From the NCBI GenBank assembly GCA_035649355.1, contig DASRJS010000109.1, forward strand, positions 1,021 to 65,020: a stretch of DNA of 64,000 nucleotides, given 5' to 3'. The notes below the pieces were generated by a model, which had not been told where the DNA came from, did not search any database, and saw nothing but the letters and a program-made list of their open reading frames with translations. Shown here piece by piece: positions 18,978-28,197 of this stretch. The stretch's first letter is position 1. Each line of letters opens with the position of its first letter. The position numbers and the translations under genes are program-made. The DNA comes from Candidatus Polarisedimenticolia bacterium. GTDB lineage: Bacteria; Chloroflexota; Limnocylindria; Limnocylindrales; CSP1-4.

Positions 18978-19501
18978 GCGCGCGAGACGCCTCCGCGGTC
19001 ATCGTTCGAGCCCATCTGCCGCCCGCGCTCGAAGAGCTCAGGCGAGCGTGGGTCAAGGACGCCGAACGCGGCCTCCCGGCGCATCTGACGCTCCTCTCGC
19101 CGTTCGTCCGCGCCGGTCAGCTCGACGCGGCACTGCGCCGGAGGCTCGCGACGGTCGTCGCCCGCCATCTCGCGTTCGACTATCACCTCGTCGGCCCGAA
19201 AGCGTCCGCGGACACGATCTACGCCGGCGTCGATTCGGAGCGGCCGTTCCTGGAGCTCCACCGCGATCTCGCGACCGAGTTTCCGGAGTACCCGATCTAC
19301 GAAGGCAAGGGCGGCGCGCTCGTGCCGCACGTCACCGTGGCGTCTGGCCGCGGGGCCATCAAGGATCGAGGGCTCATCGAGGATCGGGCGTGGCACGCGC
19401 TCCCGACGCGGCGTCGAGCGCATTCAATCGAGCTCATCGCACCCGGCCCAGATCGACGCTGGGCGACGGTCTGGCGCTTCCGGCTGCCGACGATCGACTG
19501 A
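18974..19501 (+). CDS. 2H phosphoesterase superfamily protein (LigT/2'-5' RNA ligase-like)
   Basis: Two H-x-T-x motifs are present (AHLTLLSPF and PHVTVASG). The GTGA start overlaps the methyltransferase stop. Confidence 0.65.
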   Translation: MSARDASAVIVRAHLPPALEELRRAWVKDAERGLPAHLTLLSPFVRAGQLDAALRRRLATVVARHLAFDYHLVGPKASADTIYAGVDSERPFLELHRDLATEFPEYPIYEGKGGALVPHVTVASGRGAIKDRGLIEDRAWHALPTRRRAHSIELIAPGPDRRWATVWRFRLPTID

Positions 19502-19562
19502 CGCGGGCACCCAACGCTCGGGCGGCCACCTGACCAATCGGAGCCGCTGCTACGATCCGTCC

Positions 19563-19790
19563 GTGGAGCAGATGTACCACCCGTCGGATCTGGCGTCGAT
19601 GGATCCGCTCGTGCTCATGAAGAACCTTGACCACGTCCGGATGACGAGCCGACGCCTCAGCTACATCCTCCAGCAGCAGACGCACCTCTACACGCCCGAT
19701 GCGAACCAGCTCCGGGAGCAGATCGACCGCTACGTCGAGGCCGAGCGCCAGATCGAGGGCGAGATGGCCCGGCGGATGATCCGCGCCTAG
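19563..19790 (+). CDS. hypothetical small protein
   Basis: 75 aa ORF with strong GC3 bias and a GGAG motif 4 nt upstream of the ATG. Confidence 0.4.
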   Translation: MEQMYHPSDLASMDPLVLMKNLDHVRMTSRRLSYILQQQTHLYTPDANQLREQIDRYVEAERQIEGEMARRMIRA

Positions 19791-19829
19791 GCCACCTCGC
19801 CTCCCGCTCCCCGGCGGGCGGGGCTTGAA

Positions 19830-20165
19830 TTACGCCGGTGACGCCGCCAGCGACGGCCGCACGCCGGCAGCGCCGTCGCGATGCTCCTCGAGGACCCTCG
19901 CCGCCAGCGACGACAGCGCAGGCAGGTCGAACAGCCCGAGGCCGATCCCGTGCTCGGCGAGCTCCTCTGGGCCCATGCCCTTGTAGAGGCCGCGCCCGGC
20001 AACGGCACACATTTCGTCGTAGAGCTCCGGCCAGCCCAGGCGTCGTCGGCGATAACAGAACCGGATGAACTCCACCGCTTCAGGCGTTGGATCCGCAATC
20101 TCTGCGGGATAATTGCTGACTGCCGACGACGGCATGGAGACGGGGCCCGCGCGCGGCACCATCAA
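19830..20165 (-). CDS. hypothetical protein
   Basis: 111 aa ORF with coding-like codon usage, convergent with the previous small ORF. Confidence 0.35.
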   Translation of the reverse strand: MMVPRAGPVSMPSSAVSNYPAEIADPTPEAVEFIRFCYRRRRLGWPELYDEMCAVAGRGLYKGMGPEELAEHGIGLGLFDLPALSSLAARVLEEHRDGAAGVRPSLAASPA

Positions 20166-20447
20166 GCTCCTCCTCTCCCCTCACTGAACAGGGCACGGGC
20201 GACCAGGCCGCGGGCAACGGCGAGAAATGAAACCGCACCCGCGGGGGCCGGAGCCGTTTGGATCTCCGGCCGTTGAACCCCTCCCGGGTTGCTCGGCGAC
20301 CGGCGCGTGCCGATCGTAAATCGGTTCAGGTGCCGCCCGGAAGAGGCTTCTCCACCTTCTTGTCCACGAATCTGTCCACACGAACGGACGTTCGGGGGAT
20401 GAGTCGGGTAGCCGGTGTGGACGACTCGGTCCGCAGGGCGGAACGCA

Positions 20448-21533
20448 TCAGCCGACGCGTCGCTCCAGGCCGAGGCCCGGGGCATCGGTCAGTCGCCAGC
20501 GCTTGTCAGGGCCCAGCTCCAGGCCGCCGAACGGGTCCCGGGCAATCAGCAGGTTTCCGTCGAGATCGACCCACTCGGCAAGTGACGCCACCGCCGCCGA
20601 GGCGGCAATCCCGACCGATGTCTCCTCCATGCAGCCGAGGAACGTCCGGAAGCCGAGCTCGCGCGCGCGAACCAGCATCCGCGCCGCCGCCCCGACCCCG
20701 CCGCATTTCGCGAGCTTCACGTTGACGCCGGCCGTGACGCCGACGAGCCCGTCGAGGTCGCTCTCGACGATGCAGCTCTCATCGGCGACGAGCGGCAGGG
20801 GCGAGCGTTCCTGGAGCCAGCGCAGCTGGTCCAGCCGCTCGGCCGGGAACGGCTGCTCGATGAGCTCCACGCCAAGCTCGACGAGGACCGGCAGGAGTGC
20901 CTCCGCGTCCTCAGGCGTCCAGCCGGTGTTCGCGTCGACCCGCAGCGGGCCGCTGTAGACGGCTCGGACCGCGCGGAGCGTCTCGACGTCGGCCGGCCCA
21001 CCCACCTTGATCTTCAACGCCGGAAAGTCAGTGGCGCGGGACGCCCGCTCGGCCACGACGGCAGGCTCGTCGATGCCGAGCGAGAAGTCCGTCGACGGGA
21101 TGTCGGCCGAGAGACCGAGCAGCTCGTACAGCGGAATCCCGAGCGCCTTCGCCGCGACGTCGTGGAAGGCGATGTCGAGCGCGCACTTCGCGGCGCCGTT
21201 GCCAGGCATCGCGGCGGCCCACTGATCGACCAGCCGGCCGAGCGCAGCGCGCGCCTCGTCGACGGTCTCGAGCTCGAACTCGAAGCCCTCGGTCAGGAGG
21301 AAGAGCTCGTGCCAGGCCCGCTTCATCGACTCCGGGCTCTCCCCGTAGAACGCGTCCGGGTAGCCCTCGCCATAGCCGACGATGCCCGGCAGGTCATCCG
21401 ACTCGACCTCGACGACGACGGTCGTGATCGACCGGCCGCGGGCGTGATCCGAACGCGCGATGACGAACGGGTCGCGGAGGTCGAGCGTGAGGACGTCGTG
21501 TCGGAGGCGGATCGTCACCCGGGCATGACCCAC
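20448..21533 (-). CDS. enolase-superfamily racemase/epimerase (dipeptide epimerase / DgcA-like N-acyl-amino-acid racemase family)
   Basis: The MR/MLE C-terminal barrel is present (KLAKCGGVGAAARMLVRARELGFRTFLGCMEETSVGIAAS), along with metal ligand D/E positions. Confidence 0.8.
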   Translation of the reverse strand: MGHARVTIRLRHDVLTLDLRDPFVIARSDHARGRSITTVVVEVESDDLPGIVGYGEGYPDAFYGESPESMKRAWHELFLLTEGFEFELETVDEARAALGRLVDQWAAAMPGNGAAKCALDIAFHDVAAKALGIPLYELLGLSADIPSTDFSLGIDEPAVVAERASRATDFPALKIKVGGPADVETLRAVRAVYSGPLRVDANTGWTPEDAEALLPVLVELGVELIEQPFPAERLDQLRWLQERSPLPLVADESCIVESDLDGLVGVTAGVNVKLAKCGGVGAAARMLVRARELGFRTFLGCMEETSVGIAASAAVASLAEWVDLDGNLLIARDPFGGLELGPDKRWRLTDAPGLGLERRVG

Positions 21534-22618
21534 GGCAGGGCATCAGTCCCCTGCTTGATCGCCGCCCAGAGCTCGCCGGCGCCGAAGCGCACCGGATCGG
21601 CGACGGGAAGTCCCGTTTCGGCTGCGGTTGTCGAGATCGCCCGGCGAGCCTCGGCCTCGTCGGCGACGAGCGAGGTGTTGAGCGCGATTGCGACGACCCG
21701 CGAGGGGGCGACGAGACCGGCAACGGTCTCGTGGAGCTTGATGAATTCCGGCAGCGTCGCGATCGGGAACGAGGCCTCCGGCAGGTGGTCGAAGTCGTGC
21801 TCGGTCTGGCCGAACTTGTGGACGAGGACCATCGCGTGCGGCGTCGCACCGTGGAGCAGCCCGAGCGTCACCGATGAATACGCGGGGTGATCGATCGAGC
21901 CCTGTCCTTCGACGATGATCCAGTCGCCGGCGGCCTCGGCCTGCTCGACCATCCACTCGACGGTGCCCTGGACGAAGTCGCTGATGACGCGGTCCACGGC
22001 GACGCCCCAGCCCTCGATCATCATCCCCGTCTGGCCGGTCGGGACGAAGACCGCCCGGTCGCCGGCTGCGACCGCCGCGTTTCGAAGCTCGAGGGCGACG
22101 GACATCTTGCCGATCGCGCAGTCCGTGCCGACGGTGAGGATGACCCGCGAGCCGGGCCGATGCTTCCGGCCGACCGCGGTCTCCTTGCGTTCCGGCGGGC
22201 GCCGGTAGTCGACCATCTCGACGCCGCTGGCCCGCGCCGCTGCCGCGAACTCCGGATCGTCACCGAGGAACTCGTGGAGGCCGGAGTGAACATCCAGGCC
22301 GGCGTCGATCGCCTCGAGGATCGTTTGCCGCCACTCGGGCGGCAGCTTTCCGCCCGTGGGCGCGATGCCGATGAGCAGCGTGTCAGGTCGAACCGGCAAC
22401 GCCAGCGCGCCCGCGAGCGACGCGACGACCGGGATGTCGTGGCCCGGCAGCCACTCGGCGACGTTACGACCCGCGATCGTCGAATCGAGGAGCGCGACGA
22501 CGTCATCCGGGCCATAGCGGATCACGCCCATCGCGGTCTTCGCGTTGTGGACCTGCCACTGGCCCTCGGTCAGGATCGCGAGCCTGCGCGTCGCGGTACG
22601 AGCGGTCGGGATCGCCAT
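21515..22618 (-). CDS. DUF1611 family protein (DgcN-like; N-terminal Rossmann-like domain plus P-loop-like domain)
   Basis: The DUF1611_N-like segment AILTEGQWQVHNAKTAMGVIRYG is present. Its 3' end overlaps the epimerase gene start by 19 nt. Confidence 0.65.
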   Translation of the reverse strand: MAIPTARTATRRLAILTEGQWQVHNAKTAMGVIRYGPDDVVALLDSTIAGRNVAEWLPGHDIPVVASLAGALALPVRPDTLLIGIAPTGGKLPPEWRQTILEAIDAGLDVHSGLHEFLGDDPEFAAAARASGVEMVDYRRPPERKETAVGRKHRPGSRVILTVGTDCAIGKMSVALELRNAAVAAGDRAVFVPTGQTGMMIEGWGVAVDRVISDFVQGTVEWMVEQAEAAGDWIIVEGQGSIDHPAYSSVTLGLLHGATPHAMVLVHKFGQTEHDFDHLPEASFPIATLPEFIKLHETVAGLVAPSRVVAIALNTSLVADEAEARRAISTTAAETGLPVADPVRFGAGELWAAIKQGTDALPWVMPG

Positions 22619-22632
22619 CGCGCGAGTCTAGG

Positions 22633-23685
22633 TCAGCCAAGCACCCGCCCCACGAACAGCGAGATGCGCTCGAAGGTCACGAACATCCGGTTGCCGGTCT
22701 CGCCGAGACCGCCCAGGCGAGCCACGATCGCGAGCGCCGGGGTGAGAACCGTGAGTGAGACCACCGCGACGCCGAGCACGAGCGGCCGGGTGAGCCGGGC
22801 ACGCCCGAGCCTCAGGAGCGGGCGCTTGAGGTCTCGTCCCGCGAAGCTGAGCGGCCGCTGGCCCATCGGGGCGTCGGTCAGGCCGTGCTTCGCGTCCAGC
22901 CGGGCGAGCCCACGGCCTCGGCGCACCGCTCGCCGCAGCACCGCCCACAAGGTCTGCGGATGATCGTGCCGCAGCCGCAGGGACGGCTCGGGCGTGATCG
23001 CGTGACCGGCTTTGTGGAGGCGGATCCCGAGGTCGACGTCCCCGGCCTGGCGAAAGCTGGGGTCGAACGGCACCGCCTCGAGGACCGAGCGGCGGATCGC
23101 GAGGTTCCGGGTGTCGCAGAACGCGACCGCCGGCGAGGCGGCCACGCGCCGCCAGCGCGCCTCGTCCACGTCCTGGACCCACGCCGCGACAACGGACTCC
23201 ACGGTTGACGAGCTCGGCCCGATGACAACCTCGCGAGCCGCGTCGTCGAAGAGGCCGGCAATCGAGGCCAGCCACGTCGCTGCCGGGACGCAATCCGCGT
23301 CGGTGAAGACGAGCACGTCGCCGGACGCGTGAGCCGCACCGGCGGATCGCGCTGCGTAGCTCCCGCCGTCCGCGTGCCGCAGGTAGCCCACGCCCGCGCT
23401 CGCCGCCATCGACGCGGCACTGCCGTCCGCCGCGTTGTCGACGACCAGGACGTCGAACCGATCAGGCTCGAGGGTCTGGCCGGCAAGCGCCGCAAGGCAG
23501 CGCACCAGGCGCAGGTCGTGCTTGACGGGGATGATGACCGAGAGCCGCGATGCCACGACCTCGCCCACCGGGCCGATCCTAGCGGAACGCGGAGCGTCCT
23601 CGTCCGCTGGCCCCGGCATCCCTACAATCGCTGCGCCGGTACGGCTGGGCCGGCGAGGCAGGGAGGAGATCGTTGCCCGACCCAC
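22633..23685 (-). CDS. family 2 glycosyltransferase with C-terminal membrane anchor
   Basis: GT2 motifs LSVIIPVKHD, VVDNAADGS and FTDADC are present, with C-terminal TM helices. The true start is possibly the internal Met at about 23622. Confidence 0.75.
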   Translation of the reverse strand: MGRATISSLPRRPSRTGAAIVGMPGPADEDAPRSARIGPVGEVVASRLSVIIPVKHDLRLVRCLAALAGQTLEPDRFDVLVVDNAADGSAASMAASAGVGYLRHADGGSYAARSAGAAHASGDVLVFTDADCVPAATWLASIAGLFDDAAREVVIGPSSSTVESVVAAWVQDVDEARWRRVAASPAVAFCDTRNLAIRRSVLEAVPFDPSFRQAGDVDLGIRLHKAGHAITPEPSLRLRHDHPQTLWAVLRRAVRRGRGLARLDAKHGLTDAPMGQRPLSFAGRDLKRPLLRLGRARLTRPLVLGVAVVSLTVLTPALAIVARLGGLGETGNRMFVTFERISLFVGRVLG

Positions 23686-24632
23686 GCGCCGATGAGCGCC
23701 CGATGGTGTCGATCGTCGTCGAGACGTCGAACTGGGAGCGGCGGCACCGCATCCACCTGGAGGACACGCTCACCGCGATCGCCGCCCAGACCTACCCGGC
23801 CGATCGGATGGAGACGATCGTCATCCTCGACGAGCCGAACCAGTTCGAGCACGACCGAATTGCGACAGCCTTCCCCTGGATCAGCCTCATCGACGCCCCG
23901 AAGGGCATGACCTACTACGAGTTCAAGAACTTCGGAGCGCGCCAGACGAAGGGCCAGATCATCGTCCTCACCGATGCCGATTGCCTCCCGGTCCCAGCCT
24001 GGATCGAGGAGTTCGTCAGCACCTTCGCCACCGCCCCGGCGAACGTCGCCGTCGTCCAGGGCAAGACCCGCTTCCTCCAGGCGACGATGTCGCGGGCGTG
24101 GGACTCCACGTGGTGGTCGCGGGCCTTCGAGGATGAGGGCCGGCTCGATCGCCTCTACACGAGCAACAACCTGGCGTTCCGGCGCGAGGTCTTCCTCGAG
24201 CACGGCTACATCGAGGGCAGTGGCTTCAAGGCCGGCCTCGAGCGACCCCTGACCCGCGAGCTCCACGCGGCGGGCTTCGAGGTCTGGCTGAACCCGCGTG
24301 CCGAGTGCACCCACAACTACCTGCCGAAGCTCCGCGAGATCGTCCAGCAGGGCCTCGTCCGGGGCTTCAACTGGATGTCGATCCGGCGAACGTTCCCGGG
24401 TCCCGGGGACCGGCGGATCACGCGGCTCGGGCCGGTCTCGCCGCTCGTCGGCGTCGCGGGCATGTACATCAACGACGTGCGCCGCGTCGTCGGACGTGCC
24501 GAACGAATGGGCGTCCAGGGCTACCGCGTGCCGCTCTACCTCCTCGCGCTGATCCCCTTCGACGCGGTCGCGCTCGTGGGGATGTACTGGGCGATCGTTC
24601 GGCCGCGCCAGATCCCGCGCCGGCCGCTCTGA
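23673..24632 (+). CDS. family 2 glycosyltransferase
   Basis: GT2 motifs MVSIVVETSNW, ILDEPNQ and LTDADC are present. It is divergent from the other GT2 gene. Its start is possibly the second Met at 23703. Confidence 0.75.
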   Translation: MPDPRADERPMVSIVVETSNWERRHRIHLEDTLTAIAAQTYPADRMETIVILDEPNQFEHDRIATAFPWISLIDAPKGMTYYEFKNFGARQTKGQIIVLTDADCLPVPAWIEEFVSTFATAPANVAVVQGKTRFLQATMSRAWDSTWWSRAFEDEGRLDRLYTSNNLAFRREVFLEHGYIEGSGFKAGLERPLTRELHAAGFEVWLNPRAECTHNYLPKLREIVQQGLVRGFNWMSIRRTFPGPGDRRITRLGPVSPLVGVAGMYINDVRRVVGRAERMGVQGYRVPLYLLALIPFDAVALVGMYWAIVRPRQIPRRPL

Positions 24633-24674
24633 GCCGGCGTCGGGCGGCGCGGCCTCACGAACAGGGGCCCAGCT

Positions 24675-25256
24675 TCAGCGGCAGCGGATCGCCGAATTGA
24701 ACTGAGCGAAGATCCCCGCCGGGTTCTCGGTGATCAGCCACACATGCAGGTCGTAGTGCCACGGCATGTCCGGATTGTGCCCGGCCATTGGGCCGTCGAA
24801 CGGCTGGCCGAACAGGCTCGGTGCCGGATTGAAGAACGTGAGGCCGGCGTCCCGAGGATCGTCCTGGCTGAACCACGGCCGTGGACCATCCGGGGTGCTG
24901 ACGAGCGCGACCATCCAATACTCAACACCAGCCAGCCCCAGCGAGCCGTCTGCCCGGGGCGCGTACAGGAGGATCGGCGGCTGCAGCGGATCGATCGCGC
25001 CGCTGGAGAGCAGGCCGAAATTGACGGCGTGGTAGCCCATCGTGCCGAGTCCCGGCGCGGCGACGCAGGGCTCGCCTGACGCGCTATAGCCGGCAGCGAG
25101 CGCCTGGTCGTAGCTGTGGTACTTCGCGACTGCCGCACGGACGCTCTGTAGCTCGCCGGAGAGCGGTCCGGCCCCCGCCCTGGCGGCGGCGCCTGCCGCA
25201 AACAGCACGCCAAGAAGCCCAGCCGCGGCGAATGCGGCGAATGTGCGTCGGTTCAT
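24675..25256 (-). CDS. secreted hypothetical protein
   Basis: Signal peptide MNRRTFAAFAAAGLLGVLFAAGAAARA. There is no recognisable domain. Confidence 0.5.
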   Translation of the reverse strand: MNRRTFAAFAAAGLLGVLFAAGAAARAGAGPLSGELQSVRAAVAKYHSYDQALAAGYSASGEPCVAAPGLGTMGYHAVNFGLLSSGAIDPLQPPILLYAPRADGSLGLAGVEYWMVALVSTPDGPRPWFSQDDPRDAGLTFFNPAPSLFGQPFDGPMAGHNPDMPWHYDLHVWLITENPAGIFAQFNSAIRCR

Positions 25257-28197
25257 CGTGACCTCCCTGTGTCTCCGGCCTCCAGCGCGTTCAGCGCGTC
25301 ACGGGCCGCCCGTGGGCGAGAGCCTTCCACGGGGCGGTTGCAATTCGGTTGCAGGCGGCCGTGGCAGAGCCGCACTGGAAGACCGCGGTGCTGGGTACCA
25401 TCGGCCGACAGTGGCAACGACAAACCACGCGAGCGTCGAGTTTCGGCTGCTCGGGGGCGTCGAAGCCGAGAGCGACGGTCAACCGCTGCAGCTCGGCGGC
25501 CCGCGTCAGCGAGCCCTCCTGTCGCTGCTCCTGCTCGATGCCGGCCGCCCCGTGAGCGTCGACCGGCTGATCGACGAGCTCTGGGCTGGCGCGCCGCCGG
25601 ATGGGGCAGAGACCAGCCTCCGGAGCTATGTCTCACGCCTCCGCGCTGCCCTGGGCGACGGCGTGCCCATTCTCGGCACCTCCGACGGCTATGCGATCGC
25701 CATCACTCCCGACCGGCTCGACACCGATCGGTTCGAGCGCCACGTCCGGGAGGCCGAGGCGGCGTTGGGCGGCCGAAAGCCCCGCCGGGCCCGCGACCTG
25801 CTCAGCCAGGCGCTCGGGTTGTGGCGCGGCGAGGCATTCGGGGAGCTGGCAGCGGACGGCAGCCTGCGAGTCGAAGCAGAACGGCTGGAGGAGCTCCGTC
25901 TGCATGCGCTCGAGATGCGGGTCGAGGCGGACCTCGAGCTCGGAGGTGGGCCTGAGCTCGTCGGGGAGCTCGAAGTGCTCGTCAGGCAGCACCCATTCCG
26001 CGAGCGCCTGTGGCGGCAGCTGATGCTCGCCCTGTATCGCGCCGATCGGCAAGCGGACGCGCTTGATGCCTACCGGCGCGCGCGCCAACAGCTCGTGGAG
26101 CAGCTCGGCCTGGAGCCCGGCGAGGAGCTGGAACGGCTGCAGCTGGCGATCCTCCGCCACGAGGTGCCTGTCGCCGCGCCGCCCGAGCAGCGCCACAACC
26201 TGCCTGCCCCGATCTCCAGCTTCATCGGCCGCACGACGGAGCTCGCAGACGTCACGCGACTCCTCCGCGACCATCGACTCGTCACCCTCACGGGCGTCGG
26301 CGGTGTCGGCAAGACGCGCCTCGCGCTCGAGGCGGCCAGGCAGCAGCTGACCGAGTTCAGCGACGGTGTCCGATTCGCCGACCTCGCGGCGATCGACGAT
26401 ACAGCCCTCGTGCCGGGCGCGGTCGCGACCGCCCTCGACATTCGAGAGCCGGCGGACGCGAACTCGGTTGAGCGGCTCGGCGTCCGCCTCCGCGATCGAG
26501 ACCTCCTCGTCGTGCTCGACAACTGCGAGCACCTGCGAGAGGCTGTTGCCGGCCTCGCCCTCGCGCTGCTCGAGGCGGCGCCGGGTGTCCGAATCCTTGC
26601 GACGAGCCAGGCTTCGCTGGGCGTCCCTGGCGAGCTCGACTACCCGCTGCAGCCGTTGGGGCTGCCGCAAGACCCGGACGACATGGCCGCGGCCAAATCG
26701 TCCGAGGCGGTCGCATTGTTCCTGGACCGGGCGACGACGGCACGCCCGACGATCGACATTGACGATGCGGCCATGCAGGCTGCCGCCCGAATCTGTCTCG
26801 CCCTCGACGGCCTGCCGCTGGCCATGGAGCTCGCAGCCGCCCGGAGCACGGCCTTGTCTCTCCAGGACATCGCGTGGCGCCTGCACGACCGCTTCGGCTT
26901 CCTCGTCTCACGGCGTCGGCCCGGCGCCGCGCGTCATCGGACGCTCCGCGAGGCGATGGACTGGAGCCACGACCTCCTCTCGGAGGACGAACGAGCCCTT
27001 CTGGCGCGGTTGTCGGTGTTCGCCGGCGGCTTCACCCTCGACGCGGTCGCGAACGTCTGCATGGGCGGCGACGATGCGCAAGCAATCGACGGGCTCGAGC
27101 GCCTGGTGAGCGCATCGCTGGTCGCCGCCCGGGAACGGTCGGGCGAGATGCGCTACGGGCTTCTCGAGACCGTCCGCCAGTACGCCGCGGAGCGGCTCGA
27201 AGCGACCGGAGAACGGGAGCGGATCGGGCGTGCCCACGCGGAGCACTACCTGCGACTCGTTGAGTCGGCGAACCTCGGCGTGCTGACCCCCGGCCGCGTG
27301 CCACAACGGCCCCAGATCGTCGAACCCGAGGAGGCGAATGTCCGCGTGGCGCTGGAGTGGTCACTCGACCACGACATCGAGCTGGGGCTGCGCCTTGGGA
27401 TCGCGCTCGAGAACTTCTGGGTGACCCGCGATCCGAGTGAGGCGGAACGCTGGCTGGGCGCGCTGCTGGATCGGGCTGAGGCGGCCGACGTCACGCTCCG
27501 AGCCGAGGCGACTCGAGATCACGCCTCCATGGCCCACGTGCTCGGCAACTTCGACGTGGCCGACGCTCGCTATCTCCGGAGCAAGGCCCTCTTCGAGAAG
27601 GCCGGCGACAGTCGCGGGATCGCCGAGATGGTCTTTCGCCTCGGGCTCACGGCCAGGAGGCGGCGCGAGTTCACGACCGCACGCCGGCTCGGCGACGAGA
27701 GTCTCGCCGAATTCCGCCGGCTCGAGGACAGGGTCGGTGAGTGCCAGGTGCTCACGCACCTCGCGCTGGTGGAGTTCGAGCAGGGCAACATGGCAGCTGG
27801 CTTCGACGTGATCGGACGGGCCTTGACGGTGACGCGCGGCATTCCGTGGCCGTGGTGGGAGATCCAGGTCCTCGGCATCTCGGCCCAATGGTTGCTCGAG
27901 ACGGGGCGCGTCGAGGAGGCCGAGCACGATGCGCGAGCGGCACTTTCGCTGACGGTCGAGCCGGGCTATCGAGCTGACCAGGTGGACGGCCTTGTGCTCC
28001 TCGCATGGGCAGCGGCCCAGCGCGGCGACCTGCATCGGGCAAGCCTCCTCTGGGCCAGCGCGAAGGCGGAAACGGCCACGGTTCCGGTCGCCTCCTGGGG
28101 TGCCGGTTGGGCTGCCATTGCACCAAATCTGCCAGTCTCGGCCGATGCGTTGCCGCTCCCGCTGGCCGACGCTGTCCGGTACGCGCTGACCGGCTAG
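25243..28197 (+). CDS. SARP/AfsR-family transcriptional regulator (OmpR-type winged helix + BTAD + NB-ARC ATPase + TPR)
   Basis: The winged-helix and BTAD region is LLGGVEAESDGQPLQLGGPRQRALLSLLLLDAGRPVSVDRLIDELW. A P-loop LTGVGGVGKTRLA and C-terminal TPR-like repeats follow. The true start is probably downstream, for example GTG at 25411. Confidence 0.8.
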   Translation: MRRFIVTSLCLRPPARSARHGPPVGESLPRGGCNSVAGGRGRAALEDRGAGYHRPTVATTNHASVEFRLLGGVEAESDGQPLQLGGPRQRALLSLLLLDAGRPVSVDRLIDELWAGAPPDGAETSLRSYVSRLRAALGDGVPILGTSDGYAIAITPDRLDTDRFERHVREAEAALGGRKPRRARDLLSQALGLWRGEAFGELAADGSLRVEAERLEELRLHALEMRVEADLELGGGPELVGELEVLVRQHPFRERLWRQLMLALYRADRQADALDAYRRARQQLVEQLGLEPGEELERLQLAILRHEVPVAAPPEQRHNLPAPISSFIGRTTELADVTRLLRDHRLVTLTGVGGVGKTRLALEAARQQLTEFSDGVRFADLAAIDDTALVPGAVATALDIREPADANSVERLGVRLRDRDLLVVLDNCEHLREAVAGLALALLEAAPGVRILATSQASLGVPGELDYPLQPLGLPQDPDDMAAAKSSEAVALFLDRATTARPTIDIDDAAMQAAARICLALDGLPLAMELAAARSTALSLQDIAWRLHDRFGFLVSRRRPGAARHRTLREAMDWSHDLLSEDERALLARLSVFAGGFTLDAVANVCMGGDDAQAIDGLERLVSASLVAARERSGEMRYGLLETVRQYAAERLEATGERERIGRAHAEHYLRLVESANLGVLTPGRVPQRPQIVEPEEANVRVALEWSLDHDIELGLRLGIALENFWVTRDPSEAERWLGALLDRAEAADVTLRAEATRDHASMAHVLGNFDVADARYLRSKALFEKAGDSRGIAEMVFRLGLTARRRREFTTARRLGDESLAEFRRLEDRVGECQVLTHLALVEFEQGNMAAGFDVIGRALTVTRGIPWPWWEIQVLGISAQWLLETGRVEEAEHDARAALSLTVEPGYRADQVDGLVLLAWAAAQRGDLHRASLLWASAKAETATVPVASWGAGWAAIAPNLPVSADALPLPLADAVRYALTG

